DNA of 64,000 nt from Octopus vulgaris (GCA_951406725.2 OX597814.1:147002001-147066000), one strand, 5' to 3'. Numbered from the stretch's first letter, positions 25,417 to 39,314 are shown. The notes: generated from the sequence alone by a model not told the origin. Numbers and translations: made by a program.

Positions 25417-26472
25417 TTATGATATCTACGCAGCTGAAATCCAGGAGATCCCACAAATTACATTAATTCATATGGAATAAATAAAGTATAACAGTTCAGG
25501 AGTTATGTGAGGTGAATATATTCATTGAATCATTTGTCGTCCTTGGGATTACGACCGTTTCGTACGGATGTTAGCAGCATAAAACTTTATATTATATTCC
25601 TCTGTATTGAATTCCTATGTGGTTGGGTAGCCAGATTCAATATGGAGGGTTCGTGATAGCCACGTTATTCTTATGTACATCTACTCAAACATTCAGGTTG
25701 GTATTCCTAATATTGCATTGGGAGAATGTTTTTAATTACTATAGTTGTTTTCCTTTCCAGATATGGAATTCAGCTCAGTTGCCAACAGGACGTCTTCACC
25801 TGATAGAGTGGTCAAAATGCGGCCTTATGAGACTAGAACCGAATAAGGGGAATCTTTTTCAATTTCACTCTTGTTTCTACCTATCACATTTCACATTGTC
25901 CGCGATAGAATGGGCGTGGAGCCATAATGGTGTCTGAGTATCTCTCTCTTAAATTCATACGCAAGGAAATATCTTTCAGCTATAAAGCTGTGAACTACAG
26001 AAGTCTCTACCTGAAATGTTGTAGCTCTAAGTTTTTAGGTAAGCACATTCTGTATGCATGTATTTTCAACTTCTCTGTTTAATTTATTGTCTCTCATAGT
26101 TGCTGTATGTACATAATCTTATATATGCTTTGTAGAAAACATAGCACATGTAGAACTTTGTACACAAAACATACAGCCTTCTGTCTTGTTTTTCTTTATC
26201 TCTGCACCAAGTGACATTGACTTCGAAGCTCTTATTTTACTTAGTTGACTTTCTCTTCGATTCTTAAACAATTTGCTAGTTTATCTCTTTGAAATATGCA
26301 TTGTAATCTAATTTCGTTCCAATGATTGGAATCGTTATGCAATACTTTCGAAATTATTTCCGTTATCGTTTGCCTCTAAATTTTAATACAGCAATTGCAT
26401 TGTAGTTATTTTGTCTAGATTTTTCTATAGGATCTGTTTGTGTATATATTGTATTTACTTAACAAAACCGAA

Positions 26473-26507
<35 letters not shown>

Positions 26508-26516
26508 CTATGCTAG

Positions 26517-26558
<42 letters not shown>

Positions 26559-26899
26559 ATATCCGTTGTTGAGCAACAATCTGCAGAATTGCTCAACGCA
26601 AACGTTGGACCGGATTAAATACTCAGATTTTTGTTTGTTTTGCATATATCCTATGGCAGTAGATTTATAAACAACGCTAATTAAGCTATAAAAGAAAACA
26701 AAATTTATCGATTTTCAAATCTTATTGGATTCTCATAAGAGGCGTTTAAATCAATTTTACCAGTTCCGGAGAAACAACCTGTCAACCTGTTTACATTCTC
26801 AACAATTTCTGTAGCTACAGGAAGCTGTTGATACAAATTTGCATATCGTCCTTCATTGAACTGCGGATACGCTGCTACACATTATTTTATCCGTGTCTT

Positions 26900-27063
26900 A
26901 TACCAAACTGCTAGCCAATGGGGATGTAAACAAACTTCCATTTCTCCACAATTATTTAATCGGCCCGGGCCATAGTAGCATCACTTGCTAAAGATACCAC
27001 ATACTGGACTGAATCCAGAACCATGTGGCTGGGTAACAAACTTCTTACTACACAGCTACGCCT
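26900..27063 (-). mobile_element. SINE family A fragments
   Basis: actggactgaatccagaaccatgtggctgggtaacaaacttcttactacacagctacgcct is the reverse complement of the family A head. Confidence 0.7.
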
Positions 27064-27402
27064 CGTCAGCTAATTTTATATTTAATGAAGTATTAAACAA
27101 TCATCCACTTCCTTACCCTTTTCCATGCAATGGTGCCTACCTCTACTAAATCATAAAAGCCTGTTAGCCATCATTTCGCATTCAAAATTAAAAGCCATAT
27201 AGAAATCCTTCCATGCATCATGTTCATCCTAGAGAAATCCAGATTAAACACCACCAGTCTTGGAGCCTTTGCAAAGCTCATTGGATCAGTTCTTATCTTT
27301 CTCGCAAGATGACTTCCACATAACCAGTTCACACCACGGAAGTGAACTGGATGTGAGGGAAAAAGTATTAAGATATGATAGACACTTATACGCATACATG
27401 TA

Positions 27403-28645
27403 TCAGGTTGAGTAAAAAGTAAGCAACATTTTGAAGTATGAAGAATTCGCACCGGATTTTTGCAGAGTTTTGAATTTTATAGAACATTTTTTTTGCAATT
27501 ATCTGATAATACAAACATAGATTTGCCCAACTGCATCAATAAATTTACATTGATATTTTTTCACCGTTGTTACAATAATCTGAAATGGAACAGTCAAAGC
27601 GCGATATTCAAAAAAGGACGTAAAGCAGCTGAAACTGCTCACAATATCAACGAAACGTTTGGTGAGGAGATGACCAGTGACTGGTCAACTCCAAAATGAT
27701 TTCGCTGTGGAGACCTGAGCCTTTTTGTTAAGTAAATCGTGAGCGTAGTGGACGCCCATCTGTCATTGATGACTGTCAATTAAATACCGTCATTGAGAAA
27801 AATCGACGTAAAACCATTTGAAAACTGGCAAAAGAACTTCAAGTTAGCCAGAAAACTGCCTGCAACCGCTTGCATGCGATCGGAAAATCTAAAAAGTCGA
27901 CAAGTGGGTACCACACGATCTGAATGAAAATCAGAAAACGTACAATTATGAAATTTTGTCATCGTTTCTTTACCAAACCGATCCATTTCTCGACTGTATT
28001 GTATCTTGCGATGAAAAGTGGATTCTGTACAATAATTAAAAAAAAACGTTCTTCGCCGTGGTTCGATCAAAATGAAGCATCGAGAATCTTCGCTGAACCC
28101 GAGCTCTTAAAAAAAAAAGGTTATGAGGATTGTTTGGAGGTATACTGCTGGACTCATCCACTATAACTTCGTAAAACTCGGAAAAACTATTACTAAAGAA
28201 ACATATTGCCAAAATGAACGAAATACTGCTACTCCGTCCCAGACTGGTCAACAGAAGAGAGCCAATCATTCTTCATGGCAATGCTCAATTACAGGTTTTC
28301 GTAAGGACGCTCTAGACGTTAAGTGAACTTGGCTACAAAATTCTTCCCTACCGACCTTATTCCCAAACCTTTTTCCTACGGACTACCACTATTTCAATTA
28401 GCTTAATTGTTTCCTGCGAGAGGAGGAGTTCAAAAATCAAAGTGAATCTGAGAGTGCGTTCAAAGAGTTCATCAGTTCCAGAACTCCAGAGTCTTCTATT
28501 AGCGGAATAAACAAACTTGTAACTCGTTGGTAAAAACATATTGATTGCAACAGTACTTACTTTGATGAATAAAATTTCTGCATTGTTGAAATATATTGTG
28601 ATGAATTTCCTGTTTCAAAAGTTGCTTACTTTTCACTCAGCTTGA
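27403..28645 (+). mobile_element. Full-length (1243 bp) inactive mariner transposon
   Basis: TA at 27401-02 and 28646-47. TIRs tcaggttgagtaaaaagtaagcaacattttgaa / ttcaaaagttgcttacttttcactcagcttga. Transposase motifs KWVPHDL, SCDEKWILY, LH(G)NA and DYH are broken by frameshifts. Confidence 0.95.
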
Positions 28646-29288
28646 TATATGTCTATATGTATGTATTTGTCCTACCTACACTTGTAATTCTGTAACGCTA
28701 CGATTCTATGTGTATGTCAAAGTTTATATACGTATATTACAGTTTGTTTCGGTGAGAGCGTTAGTGTGTATATATATACGTTTGTAAATGGTTCTGTAAA
28801 TAGAATTCTGGAACCACAAATATCTTATATAGCCATTGTATTTGACAGAATGGATAACAAATTGGATGGCAAATTATTTTTCCTTCACCGTACAGAGCTT
28901 AACCAAAAACAGATAACAAATTATTATTTTTTTCTTCTCCGCTTCATATGTAAACGCAACTAGCATTTCTCTCAGGTTTGATGAAATAAACTAGCAGGTC
29001 AGTTGCATGGTATTAATGATGGGAAAGTGACGTAGCAAAATCTGTTGTTCGTTGATGAGGAGCCAGCTGGCTTAAAATGTCATGTTTCAAAACCTTCCTT
29101 GTAGAGTCTACGTAAAAGACAATCAAATTCCAAATGGCCATGCATACATATACAAACACAAACAAAAACACATACACGCATACAAAAAAAAACAGGCACG
29201 CACGCAAACACATACACACACACAAACACACACACAATAAAAAAAATATATATCTAATATGTATATATAATTTAGTATATGTGTGTGT

Positions 29289-29343
<55 letters not shown>

Positions 29344-29557
29344 GAGAGAAAGAGAGAGAGAGGGGGAAGAGAGAGAAAGAAAGAGAGAGAGAAAAGAGAG
29401 GCATGAAATTTGACAAGCTAATGTTGGTGTTGCCATCCACGGCTGATTCGGAGTAAGAGACGGAGAGAAAGAGAGTTTGCTAAGGAATAGAAGAGAAGGA
29501 GAAATTTCCCTTAAGAGAGGAGAACCGTTCTGCCAAACTTATATTTTACTTTATTAT

Positions 29558-30085
29558 TATACGAGGTCTTTTTCTTAAGAGTGAAAAAATATAAGAAATA
29601 ATATTTCCGTATAATTAATTTTTTCTTCATTTTGGGTGACCAAGTATCTGCATATCACGTTATTTCGATCTTATATGAGTATATGTACGCATATCCAAAT
29701 ATATTATTTCCGAGCAATCTAGTGGTGATGATATTGGAAAATGGTCTTCTAGAGATTATATGGCAAAAAATCACACGTAATATTTAGAAGAAACACCGAT
29801 AAGGTGCTTCTACAAACGACCAGAAGAAGTGTTTCAAAGACGAGAAGGGACTTTCTTTATACTAAATCACTACACCACACGATGAGAATGTACATTATAT
29901 GCAGCTCTATCGGAATTGGCCACAATGGCGTGATGTTCCTGCTAAGTGATCTGACGGAAGTCAAAAAGGGAAATTCTACTGACAGTGTAAGAGATGTTGT
30001 CCGATTTTATGGAATTCGTCAGAAATAAATTGTAGACATCAACTGGAAATATTACTGGTCCAAAGAAACTTTCAGACTTGGCAAG
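29558..30085 (+). mobile_element. Possible highly degenerate mariner-type relic
   Basis: Starts ta-cgaggtc like mariner termini; only weak internal resemblance. Confidence 0.25.
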
Positions 30086-30526
30086 TAAAAAAGTTTTCTT
30101 CGAAAATGTAGTAATGGTAGGAATTATTTAACAGAAGGATACAGTCATCTTACAGTCTTAAAGATTGCTCGTGTGCACGTTGTGACTGTATCTGTAATTC
30201 CATATAATGAATTATTTCGAAGGTCGTATCCAGTGCATGTAGCTCAGCACATTGAGTTTTAGATATTTTCTCCTTTTTAGCATTTAACGTTATAATATAT
30301 TATTAAATTACGTTTAGTGACTAATACATATTTTTTAATGTTATTTTTGTTATATTAGCAGCTGACCATATTATCAGCTGAGTTCTTTTTGTAGGTCACA
30401 ATAAGTGATTTTAGAAAGAATTTTCTTTTATTTATAACAGGCCGGGACTGACGACGCATAAATTTGCGATGTAATTTCGTCCGCATTCACATCGATTTTA
30501 GCAAGAAGAAATAGTGATTACGGTAT

Positions 30527-30700
30527 AGGAGGACGCGTGGCCTTATTGTTGGATATATGTTAACAGGCTCGTGGATTTGAATACTGAAAACTGCGGCGTT
30601 TTGCGTTCTTCCTCAAAATACTTTATTTCACGCAGTTCAACCCACTCAACTGGAAATAGATACCAACAGCAGCTGGGAGTTAACTGTATGGAAGTCTGGT
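30527..30700 (+). mobile_element. SINE family C, degenerate
   Basis: ggaggacgcgtggcctta...ttgcgttcttcctcaaaatactttatttcac...ccactcaactgg is similar to the reverse complement of 58556-58812. Confidence 0.6.
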
Positions 30701-31336
30701 GTGTTGTACCAGTTGACAGTATTGAGCTCTCTGTCAATTGAAAGATATGGAAAAGAGATTATATTTGACCTAATGAGCCTGCATACATGTGACAGATCTG
30801 AGACTTAATGAATCATGTAAATAATAAAATGTAACGGATCGTTATATTTTGCGCATAAGCAGCAAAATAAGTTTCATCTTTGATTATCGGATTGTTGAAG
30901 AATATTTCAGAAGTTTCCTTGTCATAGGAAGTGATCATCAATCATTTGGGCTAAACTCTTTCATTCTACAAGTATTTAGTGGTGGATATTGTTCTTCTAG
31001 CCGTAAATTATGAAAATACTCACGATAACCATGTTTTAGATTTTATTATTTATAATTACTTTATTATCTATAATGAAGATGTGGATGGTAATGATTCATA
31101 TACTGGTAGTGATGATAATGATAACGGGGAAGATGGGAAGAAAAAGAGAAGGTGGCAGAAAAAAATGTCAAAAGTGATAATGATCATGATGCCAAACACA
31201 TTAATCAACTCATTAATCGTCGGGATAATGTATGTAATTATGTTTTTTTTATTCAATTTCAAATAGTTTAATGTTCATCTTATTTATAAAAGCTTTATCA
31301 TTACCGTAAAGTTTTATAACGAAATATTGCGGAGCA

Positions 31337-31380
<44 letters not shown>

Positions 31381-31607
31381 ATGCTTGTTTTTATGTGTGC
31401 GTGCTTGTATGGGCGTGTGTACATGTGTATGTTGGTGCGTTTGTTCCTCTGGTTCTGGTTGTTCCTGCACGCTTATCTATATGCAGACATACTCTTATCT
31501 ATGTATGTACGCATATGTGTATGTGAGTGTGTGTATGTATATGTAGGATTCAATTCGTATGTTTCATAAGGGTATGTCTGCATGTCTGAAGCAACATTTG
31601 GAGTAAG

Positions 31608-31712
<105 letters not shown>

Positions 31713-32529
31713 TTATTCCCCTATACATAGTCAGCATATATTATTCCCCTTACATAGTCAGCATGTTTGTTAATTATTGTGAAAATAATCATTAACGTGA
31801 TTGTTGTAATATGATAATATAATCCTGGAATATTTTACGAACAAAAGTTACAAAAAAACGTAGTCGATTCCCTTACTAATATATTTCTTGTTTCAAAATG
31901 TGCAAGTGCCTTGTTTTTAACCAATGAAATACTGACTAATGTTAAAAATGTAATTTTATAAAGGAAACCATGTAATGCTCCCCGGACGATAAGTATTTTG
32001 TTAATATGTGGTGAAAGTGAGACAAATATTTTATCGTATATGTCAGCCATTGCAATTCATCATTTCGGCTAGCTAGCCTTTCCTTTCATTGAAATCGTAT
32101 ATTATCATCTTTTAACATTAATTACGACAAACGGAATGTCTCAAGTGAGACAAATAACGAAAGCGGAAACTCGTTAGGCTTGAATTCTGTTTTCCTTATC
32201 TCACGCTACTCTGTTACTGACATATTTAGGGTTCACATTCTTTCAAATACAAGTACCGAAAGGAAAGGTTTTATTTTGTCAGTCAGCAACCTACTTTCGT
32301 CATACGAGACGATAAAGGAAGAAAATACAACACACATACTTATTTATTCCTCGCAGGATATGGAGCTGGTGGCATTTCTACACGTATTTATTGATTTTAT
32401 TTTATTTAGCATTTACTCGAAAGGGAAACAATTATGCCAAAAAAAAATGCTTTTCTCGTGCATTCAAACGATATAGTGACACCCATTACAAGTAGCTATA
32501 TATCGAATGATCTCGCTGTTATTATTATC

Positions 32530-32680
32530 TGTTTCTTTATTACCCACAAGGGGCTAAACATAGAGGGGACAAACAAGGACAGACAGACGGATTAAGTCAA
32601 TTACATTGACCCCAGTGCGTAACTGGTACTTAATTTAACGACCCCGAAAGGATGAAAGGCAAAGTCGACCTCGGCGGAAT
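32530..32680 (-). mobile_element. SINE family B, 5'-truncated
   Basis: tttctttattacccacaaggggctaaac...ggcaaagtcgacctcggcggaat. Confidence 0.9.
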
Positions 32681-32689
32681 TGATTTCGT

Positions 32690-33545
32690 TATAATTATTA
32701 TCATTGCCATTGCACAGCTTCTAACGTTGGAGATGTACTACAGTGTCAGCTGTTCACTACATGTGAACTAAGGTAACACCTCTTATATTCAAGCATCTTC
32801 CGGAGTATTCGAGCAGTACCAAGCAGTGCTGTTTACTGCAAGTGCTATAACTATGCTCAAGCATAGTTTGCTTTCTTTCTCAATTAAGATTATGTCTGGC
32901 TTCCTATTCTACATCTCCTGGCTGGTCGTACTGAGTCATAAAATCCCATAGGCTCTTTGCATTATCATTTTCGACGATACCTTCAGGTTTATGGTCGTAC
33001 CAAATTTTTTCTTGTCAAGTCTATACTTATTGCAAAGAGTCCAATGGACAAGCCTGGCTATATTGTCGTGACGTGTCATATATTCCTTCTGGGCTAATGG
33101 AGTACATTGACTGGTAATATGCCATACGGTTTCACCACTTTGTCCACAAATTCTGCACTTTTCTGATATGTTATCAACTCTGTATTTTATGCAATTTGTT
33201 CTTAGTAATTGTCTTGGGCACCACAGATTTGAGCCTCCGTTTCTGGTTTTAAATCACTTTTAGTCATCCACAGCCATCTTTTTATCTTCAGCATCCCTCT
33301 GAAATTGTCCATGCATTCTTTTCTTTATCCAACTATTTTCAGTTTCATTCGTTTTTAATTGCTTCTGCAGTGATTTAAGTTTCCAGACTTGCATCCTACA
33401 CAAGCCTGACCTTCCTACTTCTAATAATAGCGGTTCTGTTGCCCTTTTACATAGCATGTTATTTTGTTTTGTTCTGCTCTAATGCTGTGTTCGCATCCAA
33501 TAAGTCCTCTTCCCCAACTTTTTCTTGGTACATACAATCTGTATG
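32690..33545 (-). mobile_element. R4/Dong-type non-LTR retrotransposon, 5'-truncated
   Basis: Minus translation RLYVPRKSWGRGL...MHGQF...KCRICGQSGETVWHITSQC...RHDNIARLVHW...ALLGTARILRKML* gives the post-RT region, CCHC knuckle and RLE C-terminus; 3' UTR ends in taataat. Confidence 0.92.
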
Positions 33546-33734
33546 AATCTCTTAGCCTACCAGATATAATGCTGTTACCATCATTGGCTTCAGTTTCATT
33601 ACCACCGTTGTTCGCAGTATTTTATTTTTACATTGTCATTGATATGAAGTTTATCAGGTTGCAGTGTTTTTTTTTTGTGACACCGTCACTAGATGTATCA
33701 TTAATAAGCTTATGAGGGGAGGAGGCTTCACCCG

Positions 33735-33812
33735 TTTCCTTTTCTTCTTTTTCTTCTTCTTCTTCTTCTTCTTCTTCTTCTTCTTCTTCTTCTTCTTCTT
33801 CTTCTTCTTCTT

Positions 33813-33880
<68 letters not shown>

Positions 33881-34104
33881 CATCATCATCATCATCATCA
33901 TAATCATCCTCAGTGATATCACTGATATTGTTTTTATGTGTAGTCGCAGCAGTGATTGCAGCAACAGCAGCAGCAGCGTGGGTGTGGGTAGTGGTAAGTG
34001 TGGCAATGTTGGTAGTGGCGGTGGTAGTGGTGGCAGTGATAGTGGTAAAATAAAACCACTACCACCCTTACCATTATCATTATCATTGTTGTTATTTTTA
34101 TTAA

Positions 34105-34158
<54 letters not shown>

Positions 34159-34160
34159 GT
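33735..34160. repeat. Compound (CTT)/(TTA)/(CAT)/(GGT) microsatellite
   Basis: Directly visible. Confidence 0.95.
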
Positions 34161-35389
34161 TGGAATTCCTCTAATCGGTTAACTCATTTTACACTAAATT
34201 TATTTTATTAAAATAAGTGAGAAAAGAAAATAATTCAGTAGATATTCCCTGCATGTGCTTGGATGTGAATTTCTTTGGTTGATCACTGTCGTCCCAGTGA
34301 TACAATTTTTCAAAATTACTATGGACTGGGACATTAGGTAAATATTTGTTTAGTTCAATGTAGGCAGTAGTTGACTGGGCAATCATTTAATTCAAAATAA
34401 TCTGGTCTTTGGATTTGGCTACAAACACGCCAACATCTACTTACAGAAAAAATAGAAACTTTAATTCGTAGCAATGCACCTGATGGGATAGATTCCACAA
34501 CTACCTACTAACACCAAATTACATTCATTTTCTTTTAATACATCATGCACTGATAATATTTGGCTATATTGACGACTGTGAAGTCTAGTACCAATTCTAT
34601 GTATACACAAAAATACGAATTCGGTAGTTAAACCAAAAGACAGTTGTTACTGAAAATTAGAATTTAACGAAATATTTTGAAAATTGATGTTTCATAACCT
34701 AGTAATTGTTGCCAGAGAAGAGTCTAAAGTTTTCGTTTAATGTTCAAAAATCAATAATGTATAATCTGGGTAAAGAATGAAACTTGATGAAATACAATAT
34801 CTCACATGAGACAAAGGTTTATAACGTGTCAAAATACATTAGTGAACATTCTACAGTTGGTCAATGGAAACAACAGGTTATATATCCTTTCATTGTTCGC
34901 CTCTTTATAAGTAAGATTAATTGATTCAGTATATACTATAATTTAAGAATATTAATTAAATAGTTATATTAATTTTGGTCTCTGAGGACAGAACAGTAGA
35001 AATGAATACCGTGTCTGTTATAATTACCCTAACAGAAACAATAATAACAATACGAAAAACAATAATGAAAATAATAAAAATGGAAATGATACTGAACATG
35101 ATGATTACGACGACAACAACGATGATGGTAATAACATCAACAGCAACAGCGACAACAACAAAAATGATAATGATGATCATGATCATGATAATAATTAGTT
35201 GGTAATAAACTAAGTGAGGAATTTAGTGTGCAGGCAATTGTCCATTGGTACTCAGTTTTTGGATTACTTTATTAAGGCTCCCCGTGCCACAATAAACGCC
35301 AATAAAACAAGTGCCACCTTAGTCTGCTGGCTATGGGCAGCTGAAACTTTCCATCATACCTAGAAAACTAAGCTGAGAGTTTTCATCAC

Positions 35390-35453
<64 letters not shown>

Positions 35454-35473
35454 TAATAATAATAATAATAATG

Positions 35474-35566
35474 GCCTACCAATATACACTATGAGTTTCT
35501 TTGCCCTAGGAGTCGGGAAGACACTCGGCAAGAAATGGAAGAAAATTTGAAAGAAGAAAAAAAAAA

Positions 35567-35567
<1 letters not shown>
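35474..35567 (+). mobile_element. Very short R4/Dong-type 3' UTR stub in (TAA)n
   Basis: Shares gccctagga...tcggcaag with the 3' UTR near 36496-36526; (TAA)n on both sides. Confidence 0.6.
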
Positions 35568-35603
<36 letters not shown>

Positions 35604-35671
35604 TTATTATTATTATTATTATTATGACAACAACAACAACAACAACAATAATAATAATAGTAATAATAATG

Positions 35672-36575
35672 AACCACTGCATGTACAGTACATACTTCGA
35701 AACCGAAATGCTGATGTAGACCAAGCAATAACCCATTAGTGGCTGAGAAGCTCAGGACTGAAAGCGGAGATTGATGGTTTCATATTAACGGCACAAGATC
35801 AAAACTTCCTTACTAAAAACTACCAGGATAAGGCTCTTCAAAACTGTTTTGATCCTAAATACAGATTATGTGGCAAATTTTATGAAACAATAGACCATCA
35901 CGTCTCGAGATGTTTTCTGCTGACACCAAATGAATATAAAAATCGCCACGGTAGATTAGGGTAGTATTATCATTGCAAGATATGTAAACACTACAAAATC
36001 AGGACTCCATCTTGAGCCTGTCGTTGAATGTAAAAGTGTCACTATCCTCTGGGATTTTCCAGGTGACATCGACAGAACGATCCACGCTAATCGACCAGAT
36101 ATAGTCATTAAAGACTAGAAGAAAAAGATGTAATAGACTAATACATGTAAATGTTCCCGCTGATAAATATATATCTGTAAAAGAATTTGAGAGATATAGT
36201 AAATATAAGGACCTGGAAATTGAAATAGAAAAGATGTGGCATCTTAAAGCGAGAAGTGTTCCTATCATTATAGGTTCACTAGGTATGAAAAAGAGATGCC
36301 AGAAACACCGAGATGATGTCCCAGGAGAACCATGTCTCGCAGAAATCCAAAAGATTGTGCTGACAATTACTGCCCACATCCTTAGGGAGCCCTATAAATG
36401 TCTGTGTTGTATACATGAATATATTTCGCTACTGCCCCTTCCAACTCCCCTCCCCATACTTTCAGTCATACTGTAACATCTCTTATCCTTCACTAGCCCT
36501 AGGATGCTAGGTGTGCTTCGGCAAGTTATCGTAACAAACGAGCAGATTAAAAGTAAATAACCACAAAACAACAAC
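35672..36575 (+). mobile_element. R4/Dong-type non-LTR retrotransposon, 5'-truncated
   Basis: GLKAEIDGFILTAQDQ...RLCGKFYETIDH...RH...VTILWDF...HANRPDIVIKD...KYKDLEIEIEKMW...VPIIIGSLG...TAHILR; preceded by (TAA)n; contains stops and frameshifts. Confidence 0.93.
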
Positions 36576-36599
36576 TGAAAAACCCAACAACTATAATAT

Positions 36600-36829
36600 T
36601 TAGGGACATTTTGAGCGGGACACGTTACTGGATCTGAAGAAAATTCTAACTTGGCCCCACCTACTGGGTTATGCGCTGTTTATCTTGATATGATGTTACC
36701 ATGTCGCACACATATTGTTGTGATGCAGGTGCCTGGTGCACCTTTATCAGACGGGTAGTCATGATAGGTATACTGGGCTTCGTATATTTAACCCCAGTTT
36801 CACATTATGACATGCACTGGTCTCCCACA

Positions 36830-36830
<1 letters not shown>
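36600..36830 (+). mobile_element. Non-coding microsatellite-embedded retroelement, copy 3 (5'-truncated)
   Basis: Reverse complement of about 9665-9890; keeps the 3' end catgcactggtctcccacac followed by (CTA)n(TAA)n. Confidence 0.85.
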
Positions 36831-37070
<240 letters not shown>

Positions 37071-37619
37071 GGTGCAGAAGACATTTTACCTTAATTTAAC
37101 TAGGAGCTCTAAGTGTTACAGTATGATGCAATGCAAGTTGAAAAGGGGGCGTGAAAGAAAAGGTATGGTTTGGGACATAGAAGTTACACGAAAACGAGGG
37201 GATAAGTGAAAATTACTACTTAATACATAATCGACTGACCCAGAAATTTACAATTTAAATATTTACAGGGTTTTATGAAGCAAGTGTAATATATAACGGT
37301 GTATATATATCAAAGTTAAGTATCTACATGATTTGATCAATTCATTCCACGTTCCTGTTAAAATTATCCTTGGTTTATTGTTTTTATCACATCTAATAAA
37401 ATGGAGAACGTTTCGTGAAGAGCTGATTGGCTTTGATGTTTAAGCTTTGCCTAGATTCTGTCGATGATTGGCACATAAAATTTCACAGTTTCTGTTTAAA
37501 ATATGCACTTGTATTCTTTTATTTTCATTGTGTTGGAAAGGTGGATACATTTCCTTTCCGATCCGTATTTCATATAAAAGTTTCTAGTGCATTTTCTACA
37601 GGTTGTTCAAAAATTTCTC

Positions 37620-37990
37620 CGCAGTGAATTTTCAAGAGCTTTTCGATGAACCGATTATTTCCAGGGAACTTCGGCTACCAAGATCATCTGATTTAACATC
37701 GACAGATATTTTTCTGGCGTACAAATAAAGGATGAGTGTCCAAGAATCGCCAGAGAAAACTTAATGAGCTAAAAAACATATTCATAACCTCCAGACGGTT
37801 CTTACCGCGTCAGATTCTCCAAGGTATATTTCAAAACATGTATTGAAAATGAAACACGACACTTTTAACACTTCTTATAAAGCTGATTTAAAGTCTTGTA
37901 AAGTCTAATATATTCTTTTGTAGTCTTATACCATCTTATAAATATGTATTTTGCAATAAAATACTCACTGCGGCGAGATGTTTTGAACAC
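37620..37990 (+). pseudogene. Tc1/mariner-superfamily transposase C-terminal relic
   Basis: ELFDEPIISRELRLPRSSDLTSTDIFL...LNELK matches the IISR..WPPRSPDL.P.DFFLWG motif of Tc3/DD37D-like transposases. Confidence 0.7.
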
Positions 37991-38199
37991 GCTAAATAAG
38001 AAATGTGCATCAGAATCCTATAACTCATGTAGAGGACTATGTATTTCTTTTCTATCAGCGGTATTTCTCATTCCCATATTGTCCATCTCCATTAGCTGCT
38101 GACATCCAAAATGTTCAATAGAAATGCATTTTTGAATTAGGCCAAAAATGGATAACAATTTCGCTATAATTTGTTTTTATGTCGATATCTATCGGACCA

Positions 38200-38743
38200 A
38201 AACGTGAACTTGAGAAAGAGGTGCACTGGAGCAGCGGTGGAAGTTGTGGAGGAGAGTATTCAGGAGAGTGTAGTTGTCGAGAGGTGGCATAAGCAGATAG
38301 CAGAACAGGATCGGAGTTTTGCGGAGGTGAGGGCAAGAAGGGGAGAGAGGAAGAGGTCACAATCGATGGTTGAACTGAAGAAGTACAAGGCAGTAGAAGA
38401 GGTGATCCAGCCTACGACGGGAAACGAAGAGGATTCGCCAGTGGGATCGCCGGTAAGGGACTTGCAAGTGCAGGAGCGTTCGGACCCACAGACACTCAAG
38501 CACACGGATGTGCAGACGCACAGAAGTGTAGACGAACAGATGCAGGATATCTTAGAATCACGAAAACCTAAAGGCATGGACGCGTAGTCGAGGCACGCAG
38601 AGTTGCAGTCGGACGAACACACAGTCGCACAAGTGCACAAACACACTAACGCCCGGATACAATCGCGGGAAGGCCAAAAATTGCAGGAGTGCAGGGACGA
38701 GGGACATAAAAGCGAGAGAAACAAGCAGAGGTGGGGTTTCTAA
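38200..38743 (+). pseudogene. GC/purine-rich hydrophilic ORF with one internal TAG; product unknown (possibly retroelement ORF1-like)
   Basis: Track ORF 38171-38587 continues in frame past the TAG (SRHAELQSDE...RNKQRWGF**) to 38743; sharp compositional contrast with the flanks. Confidence 0.55.
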
Positions 38744-39030
38744 TGAAGTGTAGGGCACATAAAGGTTGAAATATTCTGAAGTTGAAAGTCATTATGAAGG
38801 AATGAATCCACTGGGGCCGGAGGTGGATGTTGAGCTTGGCGCCTCGGTGGTGAATTATGTGAACGAGGGGGAGAGGAGAAAGTGTTAAGTTGTGGATTGT
38901 TTTAGAGACTGTGAAAGACTGAGAAAAACATTTAGTTAAACTTTTTGATTTTTTTTTTAAAGGAAAAAAGAAGTAAATCCTGTAACTAATGTTCATTTGT
39001 TAAAACATTTTCTTTAAAATTGTAAGTGAA

Positions 39031-39123
39031 AAGGAAAAGGTAAGTCGCGGTTTCGCCTCGGAGCAGGTCTGGAAATTTTTATTTAAGGGAAAAAGGAATT
39101 CACGGCTTCATCTCGGAGCAGGT
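39031..39123 (+). repeat. Two ~38-bp direct repeats
   Basis: aaggaaaaggtaagtcgcggtttcgcctcggagcaggt / aagggaaaaaggaattcacggcttcatctcggagcaggt. Confidence 0.85.
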
Positions 39124-39274
39124 GCGATATGGCCATCTCCTTTTCATTGTAATTTAATTCATTTACCATTCATCCTTTCATGTGCTTTATTGTTCGCGCA
39201 TGTGTGTGTATATCTCCTCTGTGTTTAGGCCTAGTGCCTGTAATAAAGAATTCAGCTAGCAAGCCATGCTACTG

Positions 39275-39314
39275 CATACTGATGATGAGCAATGACTCTG
39301 AAACTAGTCTCTGG
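39275..39314 (+). ncRNA. Minimal hammerhead ribozyme motif (Penelope pLTR type), partly decayed
   Basis: cata-CTGATGA-t-gag(caatga)ctc-t-GAAAC-TA-GTC-tctgg. Intact core, palindromic ACTAGT stem III and GUC site; stem I is imperfect. Confidence 0.72.
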
